Source: a virus (lineage: Duplodnaviria > Caudoviricetes). Taken from it: a DNA stretch of 64,000 bases. Location of the stretch: the IMG/VR virus record IMGVR_UViG_3300035698_029580. One strand, given 5' to 3'. Under the pieces are notes generated by a model. The model saw only the letters and a program-made list of their open reading frames with translations. It was not told the DNA's origin and ran no database searches. Every line of letters begins with the position of its first letter. Positions within the stretch are counted from its first letter, which is position 1. Of this stretch, positions 20,485-29,397 are shown piece after piece. The position numbers were made by a program, and so were the translations under genes.

Positions 20485-20843
20485 TTAAATTAAAGGCTGA
20501 AATAGCACAAACTCCAGAGGAACTTGCCAGAGGTTTAATGTTTCGCAAAACATTAGCTGATGACAGTGGTATGTTATTTGTTTTTAGCAGGTCTGGAAAA
20601 CATCGTTTCTGGGGCAAAAACACTTATTTACCACTTGATGTTGCTTTTGTTGATGAAAATGACACTATAGTAAAAATATCTCATATTTCTCCTTTTAATG
20701 ATAATCCTGTTATGAGTGAAAAGGATTGTCAAATGGTAATAGAAGCTAATTATGGATATTTTTCAAAAAATCACATCAAAGAAGGACAATCCATATCTGT
20801 AGAAAGAATAAATGATGATATTGTTCATGTTTTATTTTCTTGA
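20481..20843 (+). CDS. DUF192 (UPF0127) protein
   Basis: AEIAQTPEELARGLMFR, GMLFVF, FW.KNTYLPLDVAF and VIEANYG motifs. Confidence 0.85.
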   Translation: MIKLKAEIAQTPEELARGLMFRKTLADDSGMLFVFSRSGKHRFWGKNTYLPLDVAFVDENDTIVKISHISPFNDNPVMSEKDCQMVIEANYGYFSKNHIKEGQSISVERINDDIVHVLFS

Positions 20844-20915
20844 AATAATACAATATATCTGGCTTGAAAAACGTTACTCAATATGTATTCCTATATTGTT
20901 TAAAGGAGAAAAAGA

Positions 20916-21338
20916 ATGAAAAAATTTGTAAAATTACTAGGAATTGCCTTGTTATCAACATTGATGACTTCTTCTGTTTCTGCTGAAAGGCCACAAAGAG
21001 GTACAAGAAGGCATTATATAATGCAGAGAGGTAGAGGATTAGGCAGAGGCAGAGGCAGAGTTTTAAGTGTTGGTAGAGGTATAAATAGAAATACTGGTCC
21101 TTGTCAGAATAATGGTCCTGGGTATGGGCACGGGCAACGCAGAGGTAGAGGATTAGGAAGAGGTAGGGAATTGGGATTGGAATTAAGTAGAAGCAGGAGA
21201 TTAGGATTAGGACTAGGATATGGTAGAGGTAGAGGACTAGGATATGGTAGAGGTAGAGGGCTAGGATATGGTAGAGGTAGAGGGCTAGGATATGGTAGAG
21301 GATATGGTAGAGGATTAGGATTAGGTAGAGAAAAATGA
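20916..21338 (+). CDS. secreted Gly/Arg-rich repeat protein
   Basis: AAGGAG RBS; signal peptide ending VSA; GRGRGLGY repeats. Confidence 0.65.
   Translation: MKKFVKLLGIALLSTLMTSSVSAERPQRGTRRHYIMQRGRGLGRGRGRVLSVGRGINRNTGPCQNNGPGYGHGQRRGRGLGRGRELGLELSRSRRLGLGLGYGRGRGLGYGRGRGLGYGRGRGLGYGRGYGRGLGLGREK
21217..21320 (+). repeat. 24-bp tandem coding repeat (GGATATGGTAGAGGTAGAGGRCTA)
   Basis: Three full copies plus partial copies, encoding GYGRGRGL. Confidence 0.85.
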
Positions 21339-21703
21339 GAAAATTAATAGGAATTAGTTTATTATTGGTTTTAATGGTATTTTCTTTTGGGTGTAAACAG
21401 GCTGAAGGAAATAGATATACATATAGAAGAATAAGATATGCCCCATACAGGGGCATGAGATATATGTCATATAGAATAACAAGAGGAAGAGGAAGAGGAA
21501 GAATAATAACAAGAGGAAGAGCAATAAGGGAAAGAAGAATAAGACAGATAATAAAACAAAGAAGACCACAAATAATAGAACAAAAAAATAGACCAAGAAA
21601 TAGACGTATAATAGAGAGAAGAGAACAGAGAAACATTCAAAGAGAACAGAGAAATACTCAAAGAGAACAGAAAAATAGAGGTAGAGGTCGTCGAAATAGA
21701 TAG
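21335..21703 (+). CDS. Arg-rich putative lipoprotein
   Basis: Hydrophobic signal ending FSFG-C; poly-Arg body; QREQRN repeats. Confidence 0.6.
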   Translation: MRKLIGISLLLVLMVFSFGCKQAEGNRYTYRRIRYAPYRGMRYMSYRITRGRGRGRIITRGRAIRERRIRQIIKQRRPQIIEQKNRPRNRRIIERREQRNIQREQRNTQREQKNRGRGRRNR

Positions 21704-21826
21704 CAATTTTAAAAAAATTAACATTCCACAATCAATTTAACAGTTCAAGTGTCTCATCATTTTTTCTTGTCATGTCGATATTTCTTTAGACATGAACAAA
21801 TTGCAACTAATTAAAGGAGATTTTTT

Positions 21827-22198
21827 ATGCAATTCACTGTTGGAGAGTTATACGCAATGCAACAAATTATTTACAAATTAACTATGAAGGAAATGCCTAT
21901 TAGAACAGCATACAAACTTAGTAAGTTTGTAAAAAAAATGGGTGACGATTTACGCACTTTTGATGAGCAAAGAAAAAAATTAGTAGAAAAACATGGAGAA
22001 GAATATGTAGACAAAAATAATCAAAAACAAATTAAGGTTAAACAAGAAAATATGGAAGCATTCAGAAAAGAAATAGCTGAAGTCGCTGAGTTAGAGGTAG
22101 AGATAGATATAGAACCTATAAAAATTTCCGAGTTAGGTGCTGATATCCAGGTATCTCCTGGAGATCTTGCTTTACTGGACAAAATTATCAAGGAATAA
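21827..22198 (+). CDS. DUF1617-like phage protein
   Basis: AAGGAG RBS; AYKL..., L.EK.G, EVEI.I..I, DL..L..II pattern. Confidence 0.5.
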   Translation: MQFTVGELYAMQQIIYKLTMKEMPIRTAYKLSKFVKKMGDDLRTFDEQRKKLVEKHGEEYVDKNNQKQIKVKQENMEAFRKEIAEVAELEVEIDIEPIKISELGADIQVSPGDLALLDKIIKE

Positions 22199-22200
22199 AA

Positions 22201-22689
22201 ATGAAAACAGAAGTTATGGCATTAAATACTACAGGCAAAACACTTATAGTTGTTACTGACAATAATTACACAACTACTATTAATCCTGATAGTTTTGTGG
22301 ATATTAATGTGGAAGGTTTGAAGGGTTCAAGTAAAATTAAATATATGCTCGAAAAAGGATGGCTTAAAATAGTAGAAAGGGAAGAAGAACCAGAAAAAGG
22401 TGAACTTGGATTGGAAGAACTACATGAAGCATATGGTAAAGAATCTTTTGAAGAGCAAATAGAAAATCTATATTTTCCTGAAGAAGATGAAAATGAAGAT
22501 TTTACAAACGAAAACGATTGGGAAAAAGTACGAGACATTATAAAAAATGAAGTAGAAAATGGTTTGTCTTCATTAAAATTGCAAATAAATAAACAAGAAG
22601 ACCAAATTGATCTTATGCAAAATCAGGTAGAGGCTTTAACAAGTTATATAAGCTGTCTGAGAAAATTCCATCGCTCGTTTTGGAGATGA
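22201..22689 (+). CDS. hypothetical protein
   Basis: N-terminal domain similar to the 17281 repeats; C-terminal coiled coil. Confidence 0.6.
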   Translation: MKTEVMALNTTGKTLIVVTDNNYTTTINPDSFVDINVEGLKGSSKIKYMLEKGWLKIVEREEEPEKGELGLEELHEAYGKESFEEQIENLYFPEEDENEDFTNENDWEKVRDIIKNEVENGLSSLKLQINKQEDQIDLMQNQVEALTSYISCLRKFHRSFWR

Positions 22690-22917
22690 ATCAGACGTTG
22701 AATCAACCGAAGGTTGATAATTTTATAGATATTTCTTTAAAAAGTTAATATATTTTTTAATAAAAAAAGAAGGATAATTAGTTTTATTCTTTAATATATA
22801 ATTATAAGATACTTAAACTGTACACCAAAATATTTAAAAATACATTAAAGAGTAAATATCTTCTTCTTTTAGTACAGTTTAAGAATTAGGTTTTACTCTT
22901 TTTTTATGAGAATTTAA

Positions 22918-24258
22918 GTGTTAATTCATAAAAGTTTTAAATTTAGACTTTATCCTACTAAAAAACAAGAGTCTCAACTCTTACAACAAGCAGGTAACAC
23001 CAGATTTCTCTGGAATAAACTGTTAGAGTCCAATCTTGAAACTTACAAAAATACTAAAAAATTCCAGTTTTCTTATGAAATGATTATGAGCATTCCTAAG
23101 ATGAAAGAAAAGTTTGAGTTTCTCAAACTTTCTTTTAGTCAATCTCTTCAACAAGTAGGAAGACATTTAGATAAATCTATTAAAAACTCGTTTGCCCCCA
23201 AAATCATTAAAGAAAGAAATAAAAAGATAGTTGAAGATAAAACTCCTAAAGAAAAAATGAAGGCTTATGAGTATGGAAGACCTAAGTTTAAAAAGAAAAA
23301 ACAATTTGACTCTTTTACAATTCCTCAGACGTTCAGTATTCATAGTAAGTTTGTAAAACTACCTAAAATAGGTAAAGTCAAATGGATTAAACATAGAAAA
23401 ATACAAGGAAATCCTAAATTCATAACTGTTTCAAGAGATGGAAATCAATGGTATTGCTCTGTTACTTCTGAAGTTAAAATACTTGATAAACAATATTCTC
23501 AGAGTACTGAGAATATTGTAGGAATAGATGTAGGTTTAAAAGAGTTTGCTACTCTTTCAAACAATATTGTAATTCATAATCCTAGACACTTAAATAAGAA
23601 GTTAAAGAAACTTGTAAGAGAACAAAGATGGTTAAGTAGGAAGGTTAAAGACAGTAATAATAGAAAGAAACAAATAGAAAAAGTTCAAACAATTTATAGA
23701 AAAGTAAGAAATGATAGAAAAGATTTTCTTCATAAAACTAGTTCTGATATGATAGTCAAGTATTCAGGAGTAGTTTTAGAAGATTTGAGTGTTTCAGGTA
23801 TGATGAAGAATAAAAAATTAGCTAGACATATTTCTGATGTAGGTTGGTACGAGTTTGGTAGAATGTTAGAGTATAAATCTTTATGGAACTCAAAACATTT
23901 CATAAAGGTTGACAAATGGTATGCAAGTAGTAAAATCTGTAATAAATGTGGTAATAAGAAAATAGATTTAACTTTAAAGGATAGAGTTTATATTTGTGAG
24001 AATTGTGGAAATGTGGTAGACAGAGATTTTAATGCAAGTGTAAATATTAGAGATGAGGGTATTAAAATGTTAAAAGAAAATATAAAAACTACCGTAGGGC
24101 ATACGGGAAGTAACGCCTGTGGAGATGATAAGGTTCATGTTCTCCCCAAAGGGGAGATTCAGGTGGTCGTCAAGGAAACAGGAAAAGTTCTAACCAGTTC
24201 AATAGGTCAGAAGCCCCAAGGCTTGCCTTGGGGAGTGTCACCAGTCTATTCAAATTAA
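22918..24258 (+). CDS. tnpB: IS200/IS605-family RNA-guided endonuclease TnpB
   Basis: HTH_OrfB (FKFRLYPT), RuvC GIDVG / LEDL / DRDFNAS and zinc ribbon CNKC..CENC; no tnpA nearby. Confidence 0.93.
   Translation: MLIHKSFKFRLYPTKKQESQLLQQAGNTRFLWNKLLESNLETYKNTKKFQFSYEMIMSIPKMKEKFEFLKLSFSQSLQQVGRHLDKSIKNSFAPKIIKERNKKIVEDKTPKEKMKAYEYGRPKFKKKKQFDSFTIPQTFSIHSKFVKLPKIGKVKWIKHRKIQGNPKFITVSRDGNQWYCSVTSEVKILDKQYSQSTENIVGIDVGLKEFATLSNNIVIHNPRHLNKKLKKLVREQRWLSRKVKDSNNRKKQIEKVQTIYRKVRNDRKDFLHKTSSDMIVKYSGVVLEDLSVSGMMKNKKLARHISDVGWYEFGRMLEYKSLWNSKHFIKVDKWYASSKICNKCGNKKIDLTLKDRVYICENCGNVVDRDFNASVNIRDEGIKMLKENIKTTVGHTGSNACGDDKVHVLPKGEIQVVVKETGKVLTSSIGQKPQGLPWGVSPVYSN
24090..24241 (+). ncRNA. putative omegaRNA scaffold / right end of tnpB element 1
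   Basis: Overlaps the tnpB 3' end; terminal hairpin CCCCAAGG..CCTTGGGG then GTGTCAC; the 5' boundary is approximate. Confidence 0.65.
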
Positions 24259-24441
24259 ATGTCAAAATAGGAAACCTTCCCTTTTTGTGGGCGAAAAGAA
24301 AAATTTGAAAAGTTTGATAAGATTAACTATTTATTATCTCAGGTCATGAACGAATTAAAGGAATTATGTTAAAAATTAAACAATGTAAGTAATAAGAGGA
24401 TTTTTATTAAAAAATTCAAAATAAATAATGTGTTTATTGGT

Positions 24442-24473
24442 GTCGCACCACGTAGGGGTGCGTGGATTGAAAT
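24442..24473 (+). CRISPR. solitary type I-C-like CRISPR repeat (no array)
   Basis: GTCGCACCACGTAGGGGTGCGTGGATTGAAAT: 32 nt, CGCACC/GGTGCG stem, TGGATTGAAAT end; no second copy seen. Confidence 0.85.
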
Positions 24474-24475
24474 AA

Positions 24476-26125
24476 TTGAATTTTAGTATAAAAAATAAAT
24501 TAGCACAGGAGCAGATAAATACTGATGACATAAATAATAAAGTTGAAGAAGAGACGTATGATACTCCTGTAATTGATGAAAATAACCTTAATGATTATTT
24601 GGCTGATAATTTTGAAGAAGATGAAAAACAAGTTATAGTTCCAGAAGATCAAGTAGATACTATCGAAGTAGAAAGCCCAGAAGTAGTTGCTCCAGATGAG
24701 AATTTACCGGAATTTGGAAATAATTTTGAGGCTATGAAGTGGGCTCAAGATAATCAAAAAGTTGTAAGAATTAATTACATAACGAAAAAAGGTATTGATC
24801 TATCAAGATTAGTAGAGGTTCATGGTATTATTTCTGCTAATACTGGTAATACCATAGTTGTTACATTTGATAGAACAATAGGTGAAATACGAGCATTTAT
24901 AATCGATAATATTGTAAATTATGCAATATTAGAACAAGATTTTATACCAAAATTTAAAGTGCAATCCAGAAAAAGGATAATGGCTATGAAAACAAACTCT
25001 CTTTTACAATTAAAAACAATTGGTGATGAATTAGACTCCCTTAAATTATATAAGGGGGCTGCTGTTGTTACTGGAATGATGGAGGATATATTTAATTATA
25101 AACAAGCTCAATATGAGGGATTTCAAGGACATTGGATAAGAAATAGTCGTTGTTTTGGCAATTGTTATCGTCAAAAAAGAGCCACTAAGAAAGAAATGCC
25201 AGCCCAAGAAGTTTGGATGGAATGTCAAAAAGAATATGAAGTTGCTTTAAGTGGAGATACTGAAAGTTGGGATAAATATGCTGGTAAAGATAAATTTATG
25301 ACCAAAACAGCAAGTAAAAATTCTCAGGAATTATTTAAAAAAGAACAAAAGGTATTTAACTCCCTTTTAAATAGAAAGATAAAAAGTGGTATGGCTTTTG
25401 AAAATGCTGTTTTTGCTTCTATTGAAGAAGGAAAAAATAGATATAACGATATGTTATTAGATGATACAACAGCATTGATGAGTATGGCTAAGAAATTGAA
25501 AGAAAATGGACATTCTGAATTATCTCAGAAATGTGCAGAAGCTTCGGCTCAGATAATAAAAGAAGCTCAATTTTGGCAAGGAGTAGGAGATGTTGCCAGG
25601 GGAATAGGAAGAGATATTGGAAATAAGGCTAAGGATATGTGGGGTAGAGGGCAGCAGACAGTAGATAGATATAAGCAACAAGGAGATGAACGTAGAGAAA
25701 TGGCATTAGCTAATAAAATTATAAATGATTTAAAACAACACCATCAACAATCAGATGTTATAAAAAATAATTATAGAAATTTAAGAAATGGAGTTGTAAG
25801 CTACTTGCAACAGCAATTGCCAGTCTTACGCCAAACTAGTAATCCTATTTCCAACAGAATTTCTATGGAAATAGAACGAAATTTACCAACAATATTACAA
25901 AATGGTTCTGTAAAGAATTTAATTCCTGCACTAGAAGCAATTTTGAATGGCACAAATCAACCTGTCCAAACTCAACAAGGGGCAAATCAACCACCCGTAG
26001 ATTTACAAAATACTTCATTTGATACCAATCAATCTCAGGGAGTTTCAAATACTTCATATGCCAATCCTTCTGCCAATGTCCAAATGAATAGACCGAGGAA
26101 GGTTTTGGAAAATACTGTATCTTAA
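24476..26125 (+). CDS. head-module protein with a WYL-like domain
   Basis: VRINYITKKG...RLVEVH...DRTIGEIRAFIIDNI is WYL-like; several KxA sites; TTG start directly after the CRISPR repeat. Confidence 0.6.
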   Translation: MNFSIKNKLAQEQINTDDINNKVEEETYDTPVIDENNLNDYLADNFEEDEKQVIVPEDQVDTIEVESPEVVAPDENLPEFGNNFEAMKWAQDNQKVVRINYITKKGIDLSRLVEVHGIISANTGNTIVVTFDRTIGEIRAFIIDNIVNYAILEQDFIPKFKVQSRKRIMAMKTNSLLQLKTIGDELDSLKLYKGAAVVTGMMEDIFNYKQAQYEGFQGHWIRNSRCFGNCYRQKRATKKEMPAQEVWMECQKEYEVALSGDTESWDKYAGKDKFMTKTASKNSQELFKKEQKVFNSLLNRKIKSGMAFENAVFASIEEGKNRYNDMLLDDTTALMSMAKKLKENGHSELSQKCAEASAQIIKEAQFWQGVGDVARGIGRDIGNKAKDMWGRGQQTVDRYKQQGDERREMALANKIINDLKQHHQQSDVIKNNYRNLRNGVVSYLQQQLPVLRQTSNPISNRISMEIERNLPTILQNGSVKNLIPALEAILNGTNQPVQTQQGANQPPVDLQNTSFDTNQSQGVSNTSYANPSANVQMNRPRKVLENTVS

Positions 26126-26212
26126 GTCTAATTGAGAATAAAGGAATTTACTAAGTCTTACGTAAATAAAAGAGTTATGTTTAGTTGATAGTCAAATAAA
26201 GGAGATATTTTA

Positions 26213-26809
26213 ATGAGGTTTGTTACTAATACAATAAAAACTGGCAAGGGAAGATCTTTTGAAGATTTGGTTGCAGAAAAATATCAGGAAAAAGAAAATC
26301 TGATCAAAGCATCTGCTGCAAAGACAGATGTTAAAGTTGCTGAGGCTGATGAAGCTGATTCAAGTGGTCAGCCAGAAGCTGAAGCTAAACTCGTCAACGA
26401 ACCCAAAGTTGAAGATGACGAAAAGGTTGCCGTAAGCACAAAGAAAGAAGATGAAGGTCCAGATAGTGGACAACCTGCTGCAGAAGCAAAATTAGTTAAT
26501 GTTCCTAAAAAGCCCACAGAAGCATCAGAAAAAACTGAGGAAAAAGTTGCAGAAAAAGAAGATGAAAAAGAAGATGAAAAAGAAGATGAAAAAGAAGATG
26601 AAAAAGAGGAAAAAGAAGCATCTAAAGAAGAAGAAAAAATAGAAAAGAAAGAAGAATGTGAAAAAGAGGAAGAAGAAAAGGAAGCTGCTAAACCTAATAA
26701 ATTTGTAAAAATAGCTACTCTTGATGACAAAAGTAAAAGTTGGTTACGTGAATATTGGTCAAACATATTTCCAAAAGAATATGTAGATGCCATGTTGATG
26801 GATAAATAA
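26213..26809 (+). CDS. charged low-complexity head/scaffold-associated protein
   Basis: AAGGAG RBS; KEDE 12-bp repeats; duplicated DS.GQP.AEAKLVN.P; KVA/KEA/KIA sites. Confidence 0.65.
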   Translation: MRFVTNTIKTGKGRSFEDLVAEKYQEKENLIKASAAKTDVKVAEADEADSSGQPEAEAKLVNEPKVEDDEKVAVSTKKEDEGPDSGQPAAEAKLVNVPKKPTEASEKTEEKVAEKEDEKEDEKEDEKEDEKEEKEASKEEEKIEKKEECEKEEEEKEAAKPNKFVKIATLDDKSKSWLREYWSNIFPKEYVDAMLMDK

Positions 26810-26833
26810 AATAGTTTAGTCTGGAGTAATCAT

Positions 26834-27544
26834 ATGGCTATCGTTCCGTCTGGTCGTTTGAAAATAATGCAGGCCCAAAATATTGGGAATTCTTCTCTAT
26901 TGGGTTATGATAATTCTATGCCCTGGGGTAATAATCAACCCTCAAACGAAGAAGTTCCAGTTGATGTTCCAGGTGTTGACTCTGATACTATTCCTACGGA
27001 TCCTATAGAACAAAATCAGCCAGAAGAACAAATCCAACCAGAGATAGAAGAAAATAATTTTCCTAATTCTGGAAAAAAAAGTAACACAATAAAAGATTTT
27101 ATCTTCCAAAAGTTGCAAAAATTTGGCTGGCCTGGCAGATTATTGCAAGAATATAAAGATAATTTTGAAAATACTTCAATTGCTGCTGATGGTACCGAAG
27201 AAGTAAAGATAGAATTGGTAGATAGACATTATCCCGACATGTCTGCTATTACAAAAGACGAAATACTGCAAATTGTTTCAGAAATACAAAAGTCGTTTGG
27301 ACTACATTTTAATGGAGCATCTAACAGTAATGGCAAATGGACTATTGATTTTACTTCAAGAGAAGAACGTCCTCAAGAAGATGGTAATGATGTTGGTGCT
27401 CAAAGTTATCTAGATAGTGTATATGGTAAACAACCAGGTAGTCATGAAGAAACTAAATCTGCCTTTACTTTAAATGAACTTATTTATGCCAGTAAAGATA
27501 GTATGGTAAAAAAATTGGCTACAAAATCCAAGGATATTAAATAA
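26834..27544 (+). CDS. hypothetical head-module protein
   Basis: GGAG RBS; operon context. Confidence 0.6.
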   Translation: MAIVPSGRLKIMQAQNIGNSSLLGYDNSMPWGNNQPSNEEVPVDVPGVDSDTIPTDPIEQNQPEEQIQPEIEENNFPNSGKKSNTIKDFIFQKLQKFGWPGRLLQEYKDNFENTSIAADGTEEVKIELVDRHYPDMSAITKDEILQIVSEIQKSFGLHFNGASNSNGKWTIDFTSREERPQEDGNDVGAQSYLDSVYGKQPGSHEETKSAFTLNELIYASKDSMVKKLATKSKDIK

Positions 27545-28224
27545 TGGGACTGAAAAAAACACTTAATCAAAGTAAAATAAATTTTTTGGGGGAAAATCCT
27601 GATTCTAATTTTTCTAAAATAGATTTTAACAAAGTTGCAGAAGAATTAAAAGTCACAGAAGCAGAAAATAATACAGAAAATAATGACGATCAACAAAAAG
27701 CTAAAAAATTAGATCATAAAAACCTGCATCTAACTTCTAGTTCTGTTTTCTCAGCTAGAACAGGAAAGATAAAAGATATTGGTGGTCCATCAAAACAAAT
27801 AAAGACAGAATCATCTAATTCTATTTGGGATAGTCAAAAATTAGCAAAACTTTTTGATACAATTGATAATAAAACTAAAACTAAACAAGATAAAGAAGCT
27901 ATATCTGCTAATAAAAGAGCAGATGAACAAAATAGAATGGATGAATTAGCAGACTCTATTAAAAGTACAGAACAAAGAAATTCTTCATCAGTTGCTCCTA
28001 TGTCTAATTATTCAGGTAGCAAATATAATACTCCCTCTTTAGGAATTAGTATATTTGACAAAGATAATTTTGAAAGAGTTCCAGAAAAAACAGATGGAGA
28101 AATAATGGCTCAAGAATCACAGAAAAAAAGAGCAGATAAAGATGAATCATGGAAGAAAAACAGTAAACGTTGTAATTCAAAAAAAATAGTTAATGATTTA
28201 TTTGATAGTTTAATAGGAAAATAA
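27544..28224 (+). CDS. hypothetical head-module protein
   Basis: Coupled to the upstream stop; hydrophilic. Confidence 0.6.
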   Translation: MGLKKTLNQSKINFLGENPDSNFSKIDFNKVAEELKVTEAENNTENNDDQQKAKKLDHKNLHLTSSSVFSARTGKIKDIGGPSKQIKTESSNSIWDSQKLAKLFDTIDNKTKTKQDKEAISANKRADEQNRMDELADSIKSTEQRNSSSVAPMSNYSGSKYNTPSLGISIFDKDNFERVPEKTDGEIMAQESQKKRADKDESWKKNSKRCNSKKIVNDLFDSLIGK

Positions 28225-28227
28225 CAT

Positions 28228-29355
28228 ATGTATGATCCAATAATTATTAATCAAGCGATTGAATTAATAAGGCAAAGTAGAATGGAAGTTCCTCAAGATC
28301 CTGCCGCTATTATCACTTTAGCTAATGAACTTCAATCTGCGTCTCAAATAGGAGGCGAAGTAATGGATAATATACAAGATGTGGCGAATACTCAAGAACA
28401 AATTGGAATACAACAACAGGAAATAGAGAATATGGCTATAGCCAGTAAAAAATTCAATTTATCTAAATACTCTCAAGAACAACCCTTCTATATGGACGAC
28501 ATAGCATTAAATGATAATTCTGAATTAGCGGGAGATCAATTAGAAACTCAAGAAGTGTCTGGACCTCCATTTTTACGAGGAGCAGATTTAGCTGACTGGA
28601 TGAACACAATGGACAGGTTCGAAACACGTAATCAAATTCTTGGTGCTATTAATGAAGAAAATCAACAAATTGTTGAAGATTTAATAGATGGTTATTATGA
28701 GGGTTCCGATATGAATGAACAAGAAATAATTGCTACCCAATTGTTTGAAATGTTGCCTCCAGAATGGCATAAAGCTGATATGGAAGATGAATCTGCCATT
28801 ATAGCTCCCTTGGTAGAAGCAGTAGAAAATACAGAAAATATAATAAAAAAATTAGCTCAAAAATATGCAAAAGAACATAAAAAAGATTCTTCATTTAATC
28901 TCACTAAAACTGCCCAACATAAAGCATTTGATACTTCAACTATTATGTATGGTCCTTCTGAAGTTCGTATAGATCCTTTTTATCGTCAACCTGTTTCTGA
29001 TTATAGTGTTCTAGAAAGAAACAAAGGTTTTGGATTAGTTGTTGATGATGTTTGGGATATCGATTGGGAGACTATTTGGAGAGGTACTGTTATGGATAAA
29101 TATTCACGTCCATATCGTACCAATGATGGAAAATGGGTTGGTGGATATATAGAAAAAAGATTTGAAGTTGATAATAATGTCCCAGAAACTAATAACTTAC
29201 AATTAAAACCAGGACAAAGAAGAAGACCATATCTACCAGAATTTGCTGGAACAGAAGCTCGTCTTGAAAGTATGAGAGAAAAAGATGATAGAGGATATGG
29301 TCCATTTACCGAAGGAAAACCTTTTAATTGGAAAGAAGCTAAAAAAAAAACTTAA
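28228..29355 (+). CDS. head-module protein, short product of a putative frameshift gene
   Basis: FNLSKYSQ, FNLTKTAQ and FNWKEA motifs; ends in an A10 run. Confidence 0.65.
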   Translation: MYDPIIINQAIELIRQSRMEVPQDPAAIITLANELQSASQIGGEVMDNIQDVANTQEQIGIQQQEIENMAIASKKFNLSKYSQEQPFYMDDIALNDNSELAGDQLETQEVSGPPFLRGADLADWMNTMDRFETRNQILGAINEENQQIVEDLIDGYYEGSDMNEQEIIATQLFEMLPPEWHKADMEDESAIIAPLVEAVENTENIIKKLAQKYAKEHKKDSSFNLTKTAQHKAFDTSTIMYGPSEVRIDPFYRQPVSDYSVLERNKGFGLVVDDVWDIDWETIWRGTVMDKYSRPYRTNDGKWVGGYIEKRFEVDNNVPETNNLQLKPGQRRRPYLPEFAGTEARLESMREKDDRGYGPFTEGKPFNWKEAKKKT

Positions 29356-29397
29356 ATAAGGTTGCTGATTTAGCTCCATTGGAGCCTCTTCAACCTT
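29341..29397 (+). promoter_or_regulatory. putative -1 programmed ribosomal frameshift signal
   Basis: A_AAA_AAA heptamer, then 8 nt later a 7-bp stem AAGGTTG(29358-64)/CAACCTT(29391-97) with inner hairpin GCTCC-ATT-GGAGC. Confidence 0.6.

Noticed and set aside
20878-21731. Long minus-strand ORFs (252, 125 and 85 aa)
   Set aside because: Antisense shadows of purine-rich repeat genes; the + strand ORFs have an RBS and signal peptides.
24259-24372. Remnant of a Lar-like CPFCG gene after tnpB
   Set aside because: Only PFCG in a short frame; too little to support a call.
24380-24560. CRISPR array or Cas12-like TnpB-CRISPR locus
   Set aside because: Only one repeat, with no degenerate copy at spacer distance. 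The TnpB keeps its own IS right end/omegaRNA, and the repeat is I-C type.
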